A DNA stretch of 64,000 bases from Candidatus Omnitrophota bacterium (GTDB lineage Bacteria; Omnitrophota; Gorgyraeia; JABMRG01). The notes under the pieces were generated by a model that was given only the letters and a program-made list of their open reading frames with translations, did no database searches and was not told where the DNA came from. Position numbers and translations under genes: made by a program. Location of the stretch: positions 18,715-82,714 of the forward strand of contig JAQUQI010000004.1 of NCBI GenBank assembly GCA_028716165.1, given 5' to 3'. The stretch's first letter is position 1; the number at the start of each line of letters is the position of its first letter. This document shows positions 1 to 9,412 of this stretch, in pieces.

Positions 1-1128
1 GTTGAAGAATCTGACGCTGAACGCAAAGGCGATCTTGAAAAGGCCGCTCAAATACGTTATGGCAGTCTTATAAAACTCAATAATGATATCGTGGGGTACA
101 ATAAAGAGCTTTCCGGCATACAAACCCAGGGCCGGATATTAAAGGAAGAGGTCAATGAGGAGAATATAGCCGAGATAGTATCCAAATGGACAGGAGTGCC
201 GGCCTCGCGGCTGATGCAGGGCGAGATTGAAAAACTTGTGTTTATGGAAGATCGCCTTAAAGAAAAAGTGATAGGGCAAGACGAAGCCGTAGAGCTTATA
301 TCCAACGCGATCAGGCGCTCAAGGAGCGGTTTGCAGGATCCAAACAGGCCGCTGGGGAGTTTTATGTTCATTGGCCCTACGGGTGTCGGCAAAACATATT
401 TGGCTAAAAATCTATCGGGATTTCTTTTTGATGATGAAAAGGCGATGGTGCGTATTGATATGTCCGAATACATGGAAAAGCACAGTGTCAGCCGGCTCAT
501 AGGCGCGCCTCCAGGATATGTCGGTTATGAAGAAGGCGGGCAGTTAACCGAGGCAGTCAGGCGCAGGCCTTATTCCATTGTATTGTTTGATGAGATAGAA
601 AAGGCGCATCCTGATATATTTAATGTGCTGCTGCAAGTATTGGATGACGGCAGGCTTACCGACAGCCAGGGCAGGGTCGTTAATTTTAAAAACACTGTTA
701 TTATTATGACGTCCAATATAGGGACGCGGCTGATCCAGGAATCAGAGGCCGCAGCTTCTGTAAAAGAAAAAATTGAAGCATTGCTTAGAGAGCATTTTCG
801 GCCCGAATTTTTAAACCGCATAGACGAGATTATTGTTTTTAATAAACTTATAAAGGAAGACATGGAAAAGATCATAGGCCTGCAGTTGGATGACCTGCAG
901 TCCCGCTTGAGCGAGAAATCTGTAAAAGCGGTTATCACGAAAGAGGCAAGGCAGGAGCTTGCAAGAGAAGGCTTTGACCCCGCGTTCGGAGCGCGTCCGC
1001 TCAAGCGCGTGATACAGAGAAGGATATACGACGTTATTGCCTTAAAAATACTCAAACATGACATAAAAGAACATTCTCAGATAACTATTGATTATGACAC
1101 CAAAAAACAGGGTTTTATTATAAAATAA
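1..1128 (+). CDS. clpB: ClpB chaperone, C-terminal part (5' end lies outside the window)
   Basis: Frame 1 is open from nt 1. The translation (RYGSL...KVIGQDEAVELISNAIRRSRSGLQDPNRPLGSFMFIGPTGVGKT...GYVGYEEGG...DEIEKAHPDIFNVLLQVLDDGRLTD) covers the middle-domain end plus the AAA+ D2 module and C-terminal domain of ClpB/Hsp104. Confidence 0.9.
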   Translation, partial: VEESDAERKGDLEKAAQIRYGSLIKLNNDIVGYNKELSGIQTQGRILKEEVNEENIAEIVSKWTGVPASRLMQGEIEKLVFMEDRLKEKVIGQDEAVELISNAIRRSRSGLQDPNRPLGSFMFIGPTGVGKTYLAKNLSGFLFDDEKAMVRIDMSEYMEKHSVSRLIGAPPGYVGYEEGGQLTEAVRRRPYSIVLFDEIEKAHPDIFNVLLQVLDDGRLTDSQGRVVNFKNTVIIMTSNIGTRLIQESEAAASVKEKIEALLREHFRPEFLNRIDEIIVFNKLIKEDMEKIIGLQLDDLQSRLSEKSVKAVITKEARQELAREGFDPAFGARPLKRVIQRRIYDVIALKILKHDIKEHSQITIDYDTKKQGFIIK

Positions 1129-1397
1129 ACCAGGCGCGCGGCATGCGGTAATCGGTTGTTAGGTGGCAGGGATTTGATATGAGCACAGGTTGCGTGTATG
1201 GCAAGGCCTTAAGAACAATGCGTATTCCCCCGATATAAATCCCGCCCGCGAAAACCTGAACAAGATATCAAAAAAATCAGCACCTCTAAAATCTTGATTT
1301 TTGGGTTTGGGATTATTTGGATTTGACCGGTGTTTGCGGCCGCCTAAAACGATTTCAAGTCAAAAGATGATCAACCTTGAATAAAAGGAGGTTTAGT

Positions 1398-2387
1398 ATG
1401 AGTGGTATAACAGCTATCAATGAAAAGGTCAGGCAGGAGAGCCGGTTTGTAGAAAGGCTAAAATCGGAAATTCGTAATATCATTGTTGGCCAGGAAGATT
1501 TGATAGACCGTTTATTGATAGGCATATTAGCTAACGGCCACGTGCTTGTAGAGGGTGTTCCAGGACTGGCGAAGACGCTCTCTGTAAAGACATTGTCCCA
1601 GGCTATTAATACGAGTTTTCAAAGGATACAATTTACCCCCGACCTTTTACCCGCCGACCTTATAGGGACTCTTGTATATAATCCGAAAGACGGTAATTTT
1701 ACGACAAAAAAAGGTCCGATATTTGCCAATATAATCCTCGCAGATGAAATAAACCGCGCCCCAGCAAAGGTGCAAAGCGCGCTTTTGGAAGCGATGCAGG
1801 AAAGGCAGGTTACGATTGGCCAGCAGACTTTCGCAATGGATGACCCGTTTTTGGTCATGGCAACGCAAAACCCCATAGAGCAGGAGGGCACATACCCTTT
1901 GCCCGAGGCCCAGGTGGACCGTTTTATGCTGAAGGCCAAGGTATCTTATCCGGATATCGCCCAGGAATATCAAATCCTTAAGCGTATGAGTTTTACCGGG
2001 CCGAGGCCGCAGGCCCAGCCTGTTGTAAGTTGTGACGACATAAAAAAAGCCAGGGCGGTAGTTGATGAAATATATGTTGATGAAAAACTGGAAAGATATA
2101 TCCTGGATTTAGTATTTGCCACCCGCCAACCGGGAAAATATAAACTTAACGCGCTTGAAGGCCTTATCCAGTACGGGGCTTCGCCAAGGGCCACCATATG
2201 CCTGAACCTTGCCGCCAAAGCGCACGCTTTTATTAACGGCCGCGGTTATGTCACTCCGCAGGATATCAAAAGCATAGGAATGGATATTTTGCGTCATCGT
2301 GTTATCATCAGCTATGAAGCCGAGGCCGAAGAAATGACATCCGAGGAGATAATCAAAAAAATATTTGATGAAATAGAAGTTCCGTGA
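1398..2387 (+). CDS. MoxR-family AAA+ ATPase (first gene of a Bat-type operon)
   Basis: Walker A GVPGLAKT and MoxR signatures (LADEINRAPAKVQSALLEAMQERQVTIG). The ORF track starts at TTG 1377, but the ATG at 1398 sits 6 nt after AAAGGAGG (1384-1391), so I prefer that start. Confidence 0.9.
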   Translation: MSGITAINEKVRQESRFVERLKSEIRNIIVGQEDLIDRLLIGILANGHVLVEGVPGLAKTLSVKTLSQAINTSFQRIQFTPDLLPADLIGTLVYNPKDGNFTTKKGPIFANIILADEINRAPAKVQSALLEAMQERQVTIGQQTFAMDDPFLVMATQNPIEQEGTYPLPEAQVDRFMLKAKVSYPDIAQEYQILKRMSFTGPRPQAQPVVSCDDIKKARAVVDEIYVDEKLERYILDLVFATRQPGKYKLNALEGLIQYGASPRATICLNLAAKAHAFINGRGYVTPQDIKSIGMDILRHRVIISYEAEAEEMTSEEIIKKIFDEIEVP

Positions 2388-2408
2388 ATATTCTTTAAAG
2401 GCATTATC

Positions 2409-3296
2409 ATGATACCCAAAGATATAATTAAAAAAATACGAAAAATACAGATAACCACGTCTCGCATGGCAGACTCGGATTTTGCCGGCCGTTATCACAG
2501 CGTATTTAAAGGCAGAGGCATGGAGTTTCATGAGGTGCGTGAATATATACCGGGAGACGAGATCCGATCCATAGACTGGAACGTTACCGCCCGCGCCGGG
2601 CATCCGTATGTGAAAAAGTTTGTTGAGGAACGCGAACTTGTCGTTATGATACTGCTGGATGTTTCCATGTCGTGCCGTTTCGGGACATGCGCTAATTCAA
2701 AAAACCAGATAGCCGCGGAGATCAGCTCTGTCCTGGCTTTTTCCGCGGTCAAAAATAATGACAAGGTAGGCCTTATCCTTTTTTCAGATAAGGTTGAAAA
2801 GACGATACCTCCCCGCAAAGGCGTAAAACATATACTTAGGATAGTAAGAGAGGCGCTTTATTATCAGCCTGTTTCCACGGGAACTGACCTGAACAAGGCT
2901 TTAATGTATCTAAACAAAACGCTTAAGCGCAAAGCGGTAGTCTTTGTAATATCAGATTTTTTTGACAGGGATTTTAAGAAGGTCTTGTCGGTTTCCAACA
3001 GGCACCATGATATAGTTGCCGTAAATATTATTGATCCGCGTGAGATGGAAATGCCCAATGCCGGGATTATAAAACTACGCGATTCGGAGACCGGACTGGA
3101 GCTTACCGTAGATACGTCATCCGAAAGATTCAGGTCTGATTATAGAGATGGTTGTAAAAACCGGCTTGAACAGGGTAAAAGACTTTTTATTTCAGCGGGC
3201 GTTGATCGCATACTTATCCGGACCGACAAACCATATGCAGGCGAGCTGGCAGAGTTTTTCAGGGCCCGAAAAAGGAGGTTGTCCTGGTATGGATAG
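2409..3296 (+). CDS. DUF58 protein (VWA-like partner of MoxR)
   Basis: Motif RYHSVFKGRGMEFHEVREYIPGDEIRSIDWNVTAR...YVKKFVEERE is typical of DUF58 proteins found directly downstream of MoxR ATPases. Confidence 0.85.
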   Translation: MIPKDIIKKIRKIQITTSRMADSDFAGRYHSVFKGRGMEFHEVREYIPGDEIRSIDWNVTARAGHPYVKKFVEERELVVMILLDVSMSCRFGTCANSKNQIAAEISSVLAFSAVKNNDKVGLILFSDKVEKTIPPRKGVKHILRIVREALYYQPVSTGTDLNKALMYLNKTLKRKAVVFVISDFFDRDFKKVLSVSNRHHDIVAVNIIDPREMEMPNAGIIKLRDSETGLELTVDTSSERFRSDYRDGCKNRLEQGKRLFISAGVDRILIRTDKPYAGELAEFFRARKRRLSWYG

Positions 3297-3837
3297 CATT
3301 CTCTCCGGAGCTATTAGGGACATCAAACCGCCTGTTTTTATTAGAGGCCATTATACCGTTTTGTTATATATTTTGGCCTTTATCCTGGCTCTTTGTCTTT
3401 TATCGGCCGCGGTTTATATAATTATAAAGAAGCGTAGACATATACCGGCAGGAGAATGCCTTGAAAAGATACCTGCCCATGAAGCCGCGTATAACCGCTT
3501 GGAAGAATTACGCGCCAGAGATTTTCCGCGTTTAGGCCTTGTCAAAGAGTATTATTTCAGGCTTTCAGGCATAATCAGGCGTTATATAGAAGACAGATTT
3601 CTTCTTAGGGCGCCGGAGATGACTACGGAAGAGTTTTTATATTCCATGCGTAATGCCGATATGCTTACAGGCCGTCAGAAAAACGCTATCAAAGACTTTC
3701 TTAGCCGTTGCGATATGGTGAAGTTCGCCAGGTATGCTCCCGACAGCAAAGAGATAGAAGGCGTATTCCTTGCGGCAAAACAGTTTATAGATGAAACAAA
3801 GCCTGATGAGGCCGTCTGCCCGGAGGAGAATGCGTAA
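3290..3837 (+). CDS. Small membrane protein of the Bat operon (DUF4381-like)
   Basis: The ATG at 3290 overlaps the DUF58 stop (ATGGATAG). It has a single TM helix (VLLYILAFILALCLLSAAVYIII) and occupies the position of the small TM protein between DUF58 and BatA. The ORF-track extension back to 3148 lies inside the DUF58 gene and is not used. Confidence 0.55.
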
Positions 3838-4832
3838 TGATTTTCAAAGACCCCATATTCTTTGCGCTGGTTCCGGTTGTGGCGGCGGTCATTTTTTTTC
3901 GTAAGAAACGGGTAAGGAGCGCGAGTATCCGGTTTTCAAATACCGGCTTGTTTGAAAACCCAAGACCCAATATCAGGATCTTAATCGCTGACAATTTATG
4001 GTATTTGCTGATTATCGCCCTGTTATGCCTTATCGTGGCATTGGCCCGGCCTCGCGTATTGCTGGAAGATGCTGTTGTATACACAGAGGGTATTGATATG
4101 GTCCTTGCTATTGATTCGTCAGGCAGTATGCTGGCGGAGGATTTTAAAATAAGCAATAAGCGTCAGAACAGGCTCTTTGTCGTTAAGGATGTGGTAGAAA
4201 ATTTTATACGCAACAGGCCCGGCGACCGAATAGGTTTGGTAACGTTTGCCGGTATGGCATATACCGTTTGCCCTATGACACTGGATCATGACTGGCTGAT
4301 AGCTAACCTGCGCAGGATAAGCATAGGGGCTATAGAAGACGGTACGGCAATCGGATCAGGCATCATGTCTTCTTTGTCAAGGCTGGGTAAAAGTTCTGCC
4401 AAAAGCAAGATCATCATATTGTTGACTGACGGAGAAAATAATTCCGGAAACATTTCTCCAATCCAGTCCGCGAATACGGCCAAGGCGTTCGGGGTAAAAA
4501 TCTATACCATCGGTTTTGGCAGTAATGGCCCTGTGCCATTTCCCGCCAGAGACCTATGGGGAAATATCGTATATCAGAATGTGGACATCGGTTTTGACGA
4601 AGATCTGTTAAGAAAGATAGCCGAGGCTACAGGCGGGCAGTATTTTATGGCCTCCGATACAGAGTCGCTCAGGGCTATTTACGGGCATATAGATAAACTT
4701 GAAAAGGCAAAGATAGAAGACGCCGGATACCGGAGGTATAAGGAGCTTTTTCCTCCTTTTGTTGTAGCGTCCATGATTATGATACTGCTCCACGCGATTT
4801 TGTCAAATACTATGTTCAGGAAAGTGCCATAA
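3837..4832 (+). CDS. batA: VWA domain protein, BatA-like
   Basis: N-terminal TM segment, then a von Willebrand A fold with the MIDAS motif DSSGSM and ...LTDGENN...; start overlaps the upstream stop (TAATG). Confidence 0.8.
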   Translation: MIFKDPIFFALVPVVAAVIFFRKKRVRSASIRFSNTGLFENPRPNIRILIADNLWYLLIIALLCLIVALARPRVLLEDAVVYTEGIDMVLAIDSSGSMLAEDFKISNKRQNRLFVVKDVVENFIRNRPGDRIGLVTFAGMAYTVCPMTLDHDWLIANLRRISIGAIEDGTAIGSGIMSSLSRLGKSSAKSKIIILLTDGENNSGNISPIQSANTAKAFGVKIYTIGFGSNGPVPFPARDLWGNIVYQNVDIGFDEDLLRKIAEATGGQYFMASDTESLRAIYGHIDKLEKAKIEDAGYRRYKELFPPFVVASMIMILLHAILSNTMFRKVP

Positions 4833-4833
4833 T

Positions 4834-5844
4834 ATGCGGTTTGAATCCTTACATTATATACACGGGTTATGGGTTATCGCGGCGGCGATTGTTTTTTTGG
4901 CCTGGGCCGGCAGAAAGAAAAAAAGTATTTTAGGCCTATTTGCCCGTGACGGGTCAATTCGTTTTCTTGTCAACGACACGAGTTTTAAAAGACAGCGATT
5001 TTGCCAAGCGCTTACTGTGTTGGTTTTATTGCTGTGTGTTTTTTCGCTTATGCGCCCGCAGTGGGGTTTCCAATGGCAGAAGATAAAAAGAAAAGGTATT
5101 AATATCATGTTTGCCGTGGACGTTTCAAACAGCATGCTGGCTGTTGACATAAAACCCGACAGGCTGACTCGCTCCAAATTGGCAATCAAAGATTTGGTAT
5201 TATCAAAGCTTTCAGGCGACAGGATAGGGCTAATAGCTTTTGCCGGCTCGGCTTTTATCCAGTGCCCCTTTACCTCCGATTATAACGGTTTTATTCTTGC
5301 TTTGGATTCTCTGGATACGGACACTATACCCCGCGGCAGTACTTGTTTGTCAAGCGCCATAAGACAGGCACGAGACGCTTACAAAGGATCGCAATCAAAG
5401 GATAAGGTTTTGATATTGATTACTGACGGCGAAGACCATGATACCGGCGCTTTATCTCTGGCCCAACAGGCCAAAGGAGAAGGTATTGTTATATATTGTC
5501 TCGGCATAGGGACGACCGAAGGGGAGCTCATACCTGTCACGGATCAATCCGGCAAAAAGATATTTTTAAAAGACGGGCATGGTAATGTGGTAAAGACAAG
5601 GCTTAATGAGGATATCCTGAAAAAGATAGCATTGATCACAGGCGGTGCTTATGTCCGTTCAAGCGGCGCTGATTTTGGCCTTGAATATATTTATAACCAA
5701 AGGCTTTCCGGAATGATAAAGACCGCAAATTCGCTCCGCGAGGATAAAATATTCCATGAAAGATTTCAGATAACTGTTTTCACGGCTTTCCTGCTGTTAA
5801 TTGCGGCCGTTATTATAAACGATGAGATAAAAGCATATGAATAG
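4834..5844 (+). CDS. batB: VWA domain protein, BatB-like
   Basis: Two TM segments flank a VWA domain (VDVSNSM...ITDGEDH...). It follows BatA immediately, as in Bat operons. Confidence 0.8.
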   Translation: MRFESLHYIHGLWVIAAAIVFLAWAGRKKKSILGLFARDGSIRFLVNDTSFKRQRFCQALTVLVLLLCVFSLMRPQWGFQWQKIKRKGINIMFAVDVSNSMLAVDIKPDRLTRSKLAIKDLVLSKLSGDRIGLIAFAGSAFIQCPFTSDYNGFILALDSLDTDTIPRGSTCLSSAIRQARDAYKGSQSKDKVLILITDGEDHDTGALSLAQQAKGEGIVIYCLGIGTTEGELIPVTDQSGKKIFLKDGHGNVVKTRLNEDILKKIALITGGAYVRSSGADFGLEYIYNQRLSGMIKTANSLREDKIFHERFQITVFTAFLLLIAAVIINDEIKAYE

Positions 5845-6790
5845 CAGAAAGAGTATCTTAACTGTTGCTTTACTGTCAGGCATTTTATCCCTGCCCTGCT
5901 CCGCCGACGCGTCCATTAAAAACCAGATAAAGAGGGGAAACGCTTTATATGCCAAAAATGATTACAGCAGAGCGCTTGAAGAATATTCAAAGGCGCTTTC
6001 ATCTGACAGCCAGTCGGCCATTGTAAATTACAATGCCGGCGCGGCGTCCTACAGGCTTGGGAATTATTCCTCTGCAAAAGGATATTTTGAGCGGGCTATT
6101 AATGATAAAGACAGTGTTCTGGCCCAGAAGTCTTTTTATAATCTGGCTAATAGTGAATATTGCCTGGCCATGGCCGGACAGGGCCAGGATATTGGTATGG
6201 CTATCGCTTTTTTGGAGGAAGCTGTAAGGCATTATGAACATGCTGTGGCAATGGATGAAAAAGATGAGGACGCGAAGTATAATTATGCTCTGGCCCGTGC
6301 CGAACTTGAAAAATTAAAAGAAAAGAGGCAGGATGAGAAACAACAATCCTGCCCCGAAAAACCTGAAGGCGGCGGCAAAAAAAAGGATGATCAGAAAAAC
6401 TCCCCCGACCAGCAAAGCGATAATGCCGGCCAACAGTCTGCCGCGGCGGGCTCTGCTCAAAAAGAGCAGGAAGATCAGGAAGATCAGGATGCTGGAAGCC
6501 AACAAGGCCTTGATGAAAGCCATGACACGGCATCCGGCCAGGATCAAAAGAGACAGCAAGATGTGTCAAAAATGATTGAACAAGAAAATAACGGCACGAC
6601 CGGTATAAAAAAGGAAGGCTCAAATAACCGCCAGGCCAGCGCCGGCTCCGCATCCGATGAAAGCCTGGATATATCGCTTGTGTCGGCACAGGCTTTATTG
6701 GATAGCTATTCAAGGCATGAACAGCCAAAAGGCATGTATTCAGAAAAATTACAATCACGACAGAGTGTTCCTGTTGATAAGGACTGGTGA
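5837..6790 (+). CDS. batC: TPR-repeat protein, BatC-like, with an acidic/Gln-rich low-complexity C-terminal half
   Basis: Signal peptide, TPR-like repeats (YAKNDYSRALEEYSKAL..., YNAGAASYRLGNYSSAKGYFERAI), then a D/E/Q/K-rich tail. Confidence 0.7.
   Translation: MNSRKSILTVALLSGILSLPCSADASIKNQIKRGNALYAKNDYSRALEEYSKALSSDSQSAIVNYNAGAASYRLGNYSSAKGYFERAINDKDSVLAQKSFYNLANSEYCLAMAGQGQDIGMAIAFLEEAVRHYEHAVAMDEKDEDAKYNYALARAELEKLKEKRQDEKQQSCPEKPEGGGKKKDDQKNSPDQQSDNAGQQSAAAGSAQKEQEDQEDQDAGSQQGLDESHDTASGQDQKRQQDVSKMIEQENNGTTGIKKEGSNNRQASAGSASDESLDISLVSAQALLDSYSRHEQPKGMYSEKLQSRQSVPVDKDW
6340..6560 (+). repeat. Low-complexity coding region in batC with a short tandem repeat
   Basis: GAGCAGGAAGATCAGGAAGATCAGGATGC (~6466-6494) contains ~2.7 copies of CAGGAAGAT; the surrounding ~220 nt encode a D/E/Q/K/S-rich tail. 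Confidence 0.4.
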
Positions 6791-6794
6791 TATA

Positions 6795-9371
6795 ATGATG
6801 AATATGAAAAAAATTATAATATTAATGTCTTTAGTATTGCATTTCGGGCCTTGCGCCTTGGCCGATGACTTTGAATTCAACGCGAGCGTTGACAGCAACA
6901 AAGTGTTTATCAACTCCGCGTTTAACCTTTCTCTGACTTTTTCAGGCTCACAGGATTTACCCGCCCCTGACCTGAAACAGATAGAAGGTTTTGATTGGCG
7001 TTATATCGGCCCCGCGACGCGTATATCTATAATCAATGGAGCCCGTTCCAGTTCCATAACCCATAATTATATATTGACCCCCATAAAAACAGGTTCCTTA
7101 ATCATTCCCGGTTTTGAGGTTGAATACAAAGGCAAGGTATATGTGTCCGAGCCTATAAATATGGACGTGTCAGAGCCGCAGGCCGGGCACCAGGGTTTTG
7201 CTGACGAAGGGCAAGCTCTGCCGGACGGAAACGATCATGATAAGCGCGTGTTTTTGATTCTTGACGCCGCAAAAGAGGCAGTTTACGCGGGTGAAAAACT
7301 CCCGGTAACCATATCATTATACATAAATAACCTGGCTGTGCGTGATATAGCATATCCTCAATATGCCCATGATGGTTTTTTGATGGACAAATGGAGCAAG
7401 CCGTCACAGTATACCAAACTCGCAAACGGGATAAGCTATAATGTGGTCGCGTTTGAGACATTCTTATACAGCCTCTATCCGGGCAGGTTTACCATCGGCC
7501 CGGCTGAAATAGCCTGTAATCTTGTTTATAAAAAATCCGCCGGAAGAAAAAGTATGTCTTTTTTTACATCAGACCCTTTTGAGGATTTTTTCACAGGTTA
7601 TGAGGCGCGGCCGGCAAGTTTTAAATCCAATGAATTTGCCGTTGAGGTAATGCCTCTTCCTGACGAAGGCAGGCCAGGCGATTTTTCGGGCGCTGTAGGG
7701 GAATTTGCCATGTCTGTCAAGGCCTCTCCGCACAGGGTAAATGCCGGAGATCCGATAACTCTTACAATTGAGATACAAGGAAGCGGTAATTTTGATACTG
7801 TTATAGCCCCTCTCCTGGAAAAAGAAGACGGATTTAAAAAATACGAACCCGAGGTTTCACAGTCATTTTCCAAAAAGGTTTTCCAGCAGGTTATTATTCC
7901 AATAAGCGATTCGGTAAAAGAGATACCTGCCTTTACTTTTAGTTTTTTTGACCCAGCCCTCAAGGCGTATAAGACCATTAAAAGCCTGCCGATTCCCATT
8001 GAAGTAATGCCAAATCCGGAGGGCCGGGAACGCTTGATAGTATCATCGCCTGATATTGACCGTAACCGGGACGCAGATCAGATTGAGGCATTGGGAAAGG
8101 ACATCGTTTATATCAAAGAAGGCTTAGGTTTATTAAGGCCTGCCGGCAGGCCATTTTGCCTTCGCGGCCTGTTTTTTGTCATATTATTTATACCATTTGT
8201 TCTTGTGCCGTCAGCCTTGATAATTAAGCGCAGATACGAGAGGTTTAATTCCGACGCCGGATACGCGCGAAAATGCCGCGCCCATAAAATCGCGCTGAAA
8301 AATATCAAAGAAATGGATAACGCAATGGCTAAGGGTGACGGCGATAGGTTTTTCCAGTACGCCATAAGAGGCCTTAAACAATATTTAGGCGATAAATTCC
8401 ACCTGCCGTCAGCCGGCATAACCGGTGATATCGTCCCCAGTCTTCGCAAAGAGGCAATCCCGGACGATATTATAAGAGAAATAGAAGAATTTTTTAATAT
8501 ATGTGACATGGCACGGTATGCTCCATTAAAAGCGCGGACAAAAGACATGGAAAAACCGTATAAATTATTCAGGTCTATTGTGGGCAAACTGGAAAGATCG
8601 CTAAGGATGAACGCAAAATATATTCTGATAACGTTTTTTTTGCTGAGCCTGTCCGCATGCGCGTGTGCCGCGGATTTTACAGAAGAGCGAAAATTATACG
8701 TAAAATCAAATGTAGATTACGCGCGCGGGGATTACGAAAAGGCTGTATCAGGTTACAAAGAGATTTTAAATAAAGGGCTTGAGTCCGGGGCCTTGTATTA
8801 TAACCTGGGCAATGCCTATTTTAAAAATAACGACCTGGGCAGGGCGATAGCGAATTATCTATTGGCTTTAAAATTGATGCCGCGAGACCATGATTTGATG
8901 TCAAACATAGAATACGCGCGATCACTTGTAAAAAACAATATAAGGCCGCCTCACCGGGGCCCGTTAATGAACCAAGTTTTTCGGTTGTCATCAAAGCTTA
9001 CCCTGGATGCCGCGGCATACATTTTTATATTTTTATATTATTTATTCGCATTGGCTGTTTTGGCCCTTGTTTTTAAAACCCGCGGTAAGAGATTTTTGAT
9101 TTGCCTGGTTTGGGCATCCGGGGTATTGCTTACCATATTTTCATTTGTGTTTTATTGTAACCTGAAACAAAACTATCTGGATAAGAAAGCTGTTGTCGTT
9201 AACCAAGGGCTTGAGGCGAGATTTGAACCTTTTGATACAGCCACAGTTTATTTTTTATTGGATACGGGCCAGGAGGTTTCTATTGTTGATCATGGCCAGG
9301 GATGGATAAGGGTCAAGCGGCCTGACGGCAGGCAGGGGTGGGTGAAGAAAGACGGTATTGAAAAAGTATAA
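6795..9371 (+). CDS. BatD-like protein continuing in frame into a BatE-like TPR + SH3 segment
   Basis: MMNMKKIIILMSLVLHFGPCALA signal, a long BatD-like periplasmic region, TM helix (LFFVILFIPFVLVPSALII), cytoplasmic part, then at nt 8607 an internal MNAKYILITFFLLSLSACACA (lipobox-like) followed by TPR repeats and a C-terminal SH3-like tail (GWIRVKRPDGRQGWVKK). No stop separates the two parts. Confidence 0.7.
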   Translation: MMNMKKIIILMSLVLHFGPCALADDFEFNASVDSNKVFINSAFNLSLTFSGSQDLPAPDLKQIEGFDWRYIGPATRISIINGARSSSITHNYILTPIKTGSLIIPGFEVEYKGKVYVSEPINMDVSEPQAGHQGFADEGQALPDGNDHDKRVFLILDAAKEAVYAGEKLPVTISLYINNLAVRDIAYPQYAHDGFLMDKWSKPSQYTKLANGISYNVVAFETFLYSLYPGRFTIGPAEIACNLVYKKSAGRKSMSFFTSDPFEDFFTGYEARPASFKSNEFAVEVMPLPDEGRPGDFSGAVGEFAMSVKASPHRVNAGDPITLTIEIQGSGNFDTVIAPLLEKEDGFKKYEPEVSQSFSKKVFQQVIIPISDSVKEIPAFTFSFFDPALKAYKTIKSLPIPIEVMPNPEGRERLIVSSPDIDRNRDADQIEALGKDIVYIKEGLGLLRPAGRPFCLRGLFFVILFIPFVLVPSALIIKRRYERFNSDAGYARKCRAHKIALKNIKEMDNAMAKGDGDRFFQYAIRGLKQYLGDKFHLPSAGITGDIVPSLRKEAIPDDIIREIEEFFNICDMARYAPLKARTKDMEKPYKLFRSIVGKLERSLRMNAKYILITFFLLSLSACACAADFTEERKLYVKSNVDYARGDYEKAVSGYKEILNKGLESGALYYNLGNAYFKNNDLGRAIANYLLALKLMPRDHDLMSNIEYARSLVKNNIRPPHRGPLMNQVFRLSSKLTLDAAAYIFIFLYYLFALAVLALVFKTRGKRFLICLVWASGVLLTIFSFVFYCNLKQNYLDKKAVVVNQGLEARFEPFDTATVYFLLDTGQEVSIVDHGQGWIRVKRPDGRQGWVKKDGIEKV

Positions 9372-9412
9372 TAGCTCCGGATTTTAAACAAGCATAAAAG
9401 GGATAAAAAAGC

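Noticed and set aside
1377-1397. TTG start for the MoxR gene suggested by the ORF track
   Set aside because: The ATG at 1398 is preceded at ideal spacing by AAAGGAGG and gives an N-terminus (MSGITAINEKV) typical of MoxR proteins; the TTG-initiated extension would translate the RBS itself.
3148-3289. 5' extension of the ORF downstream of DUF58 (track start 3148)
   Set aside because: This stretch lies inside the DUF58 coding sequence in another frame. The internal ATG at 3290 overlapping the DUF58 stop gives a sensible small TM protein.
6657-6794. 5' extension of the BatD ORF (track start 6657) overlapping batC
   Set aside because: The 46 extra residues precede an obvious signal peptide (MKKIIILMSLVLHF...) and overlap the batC 3' end; the start at 6795/6804 is far more plausible.
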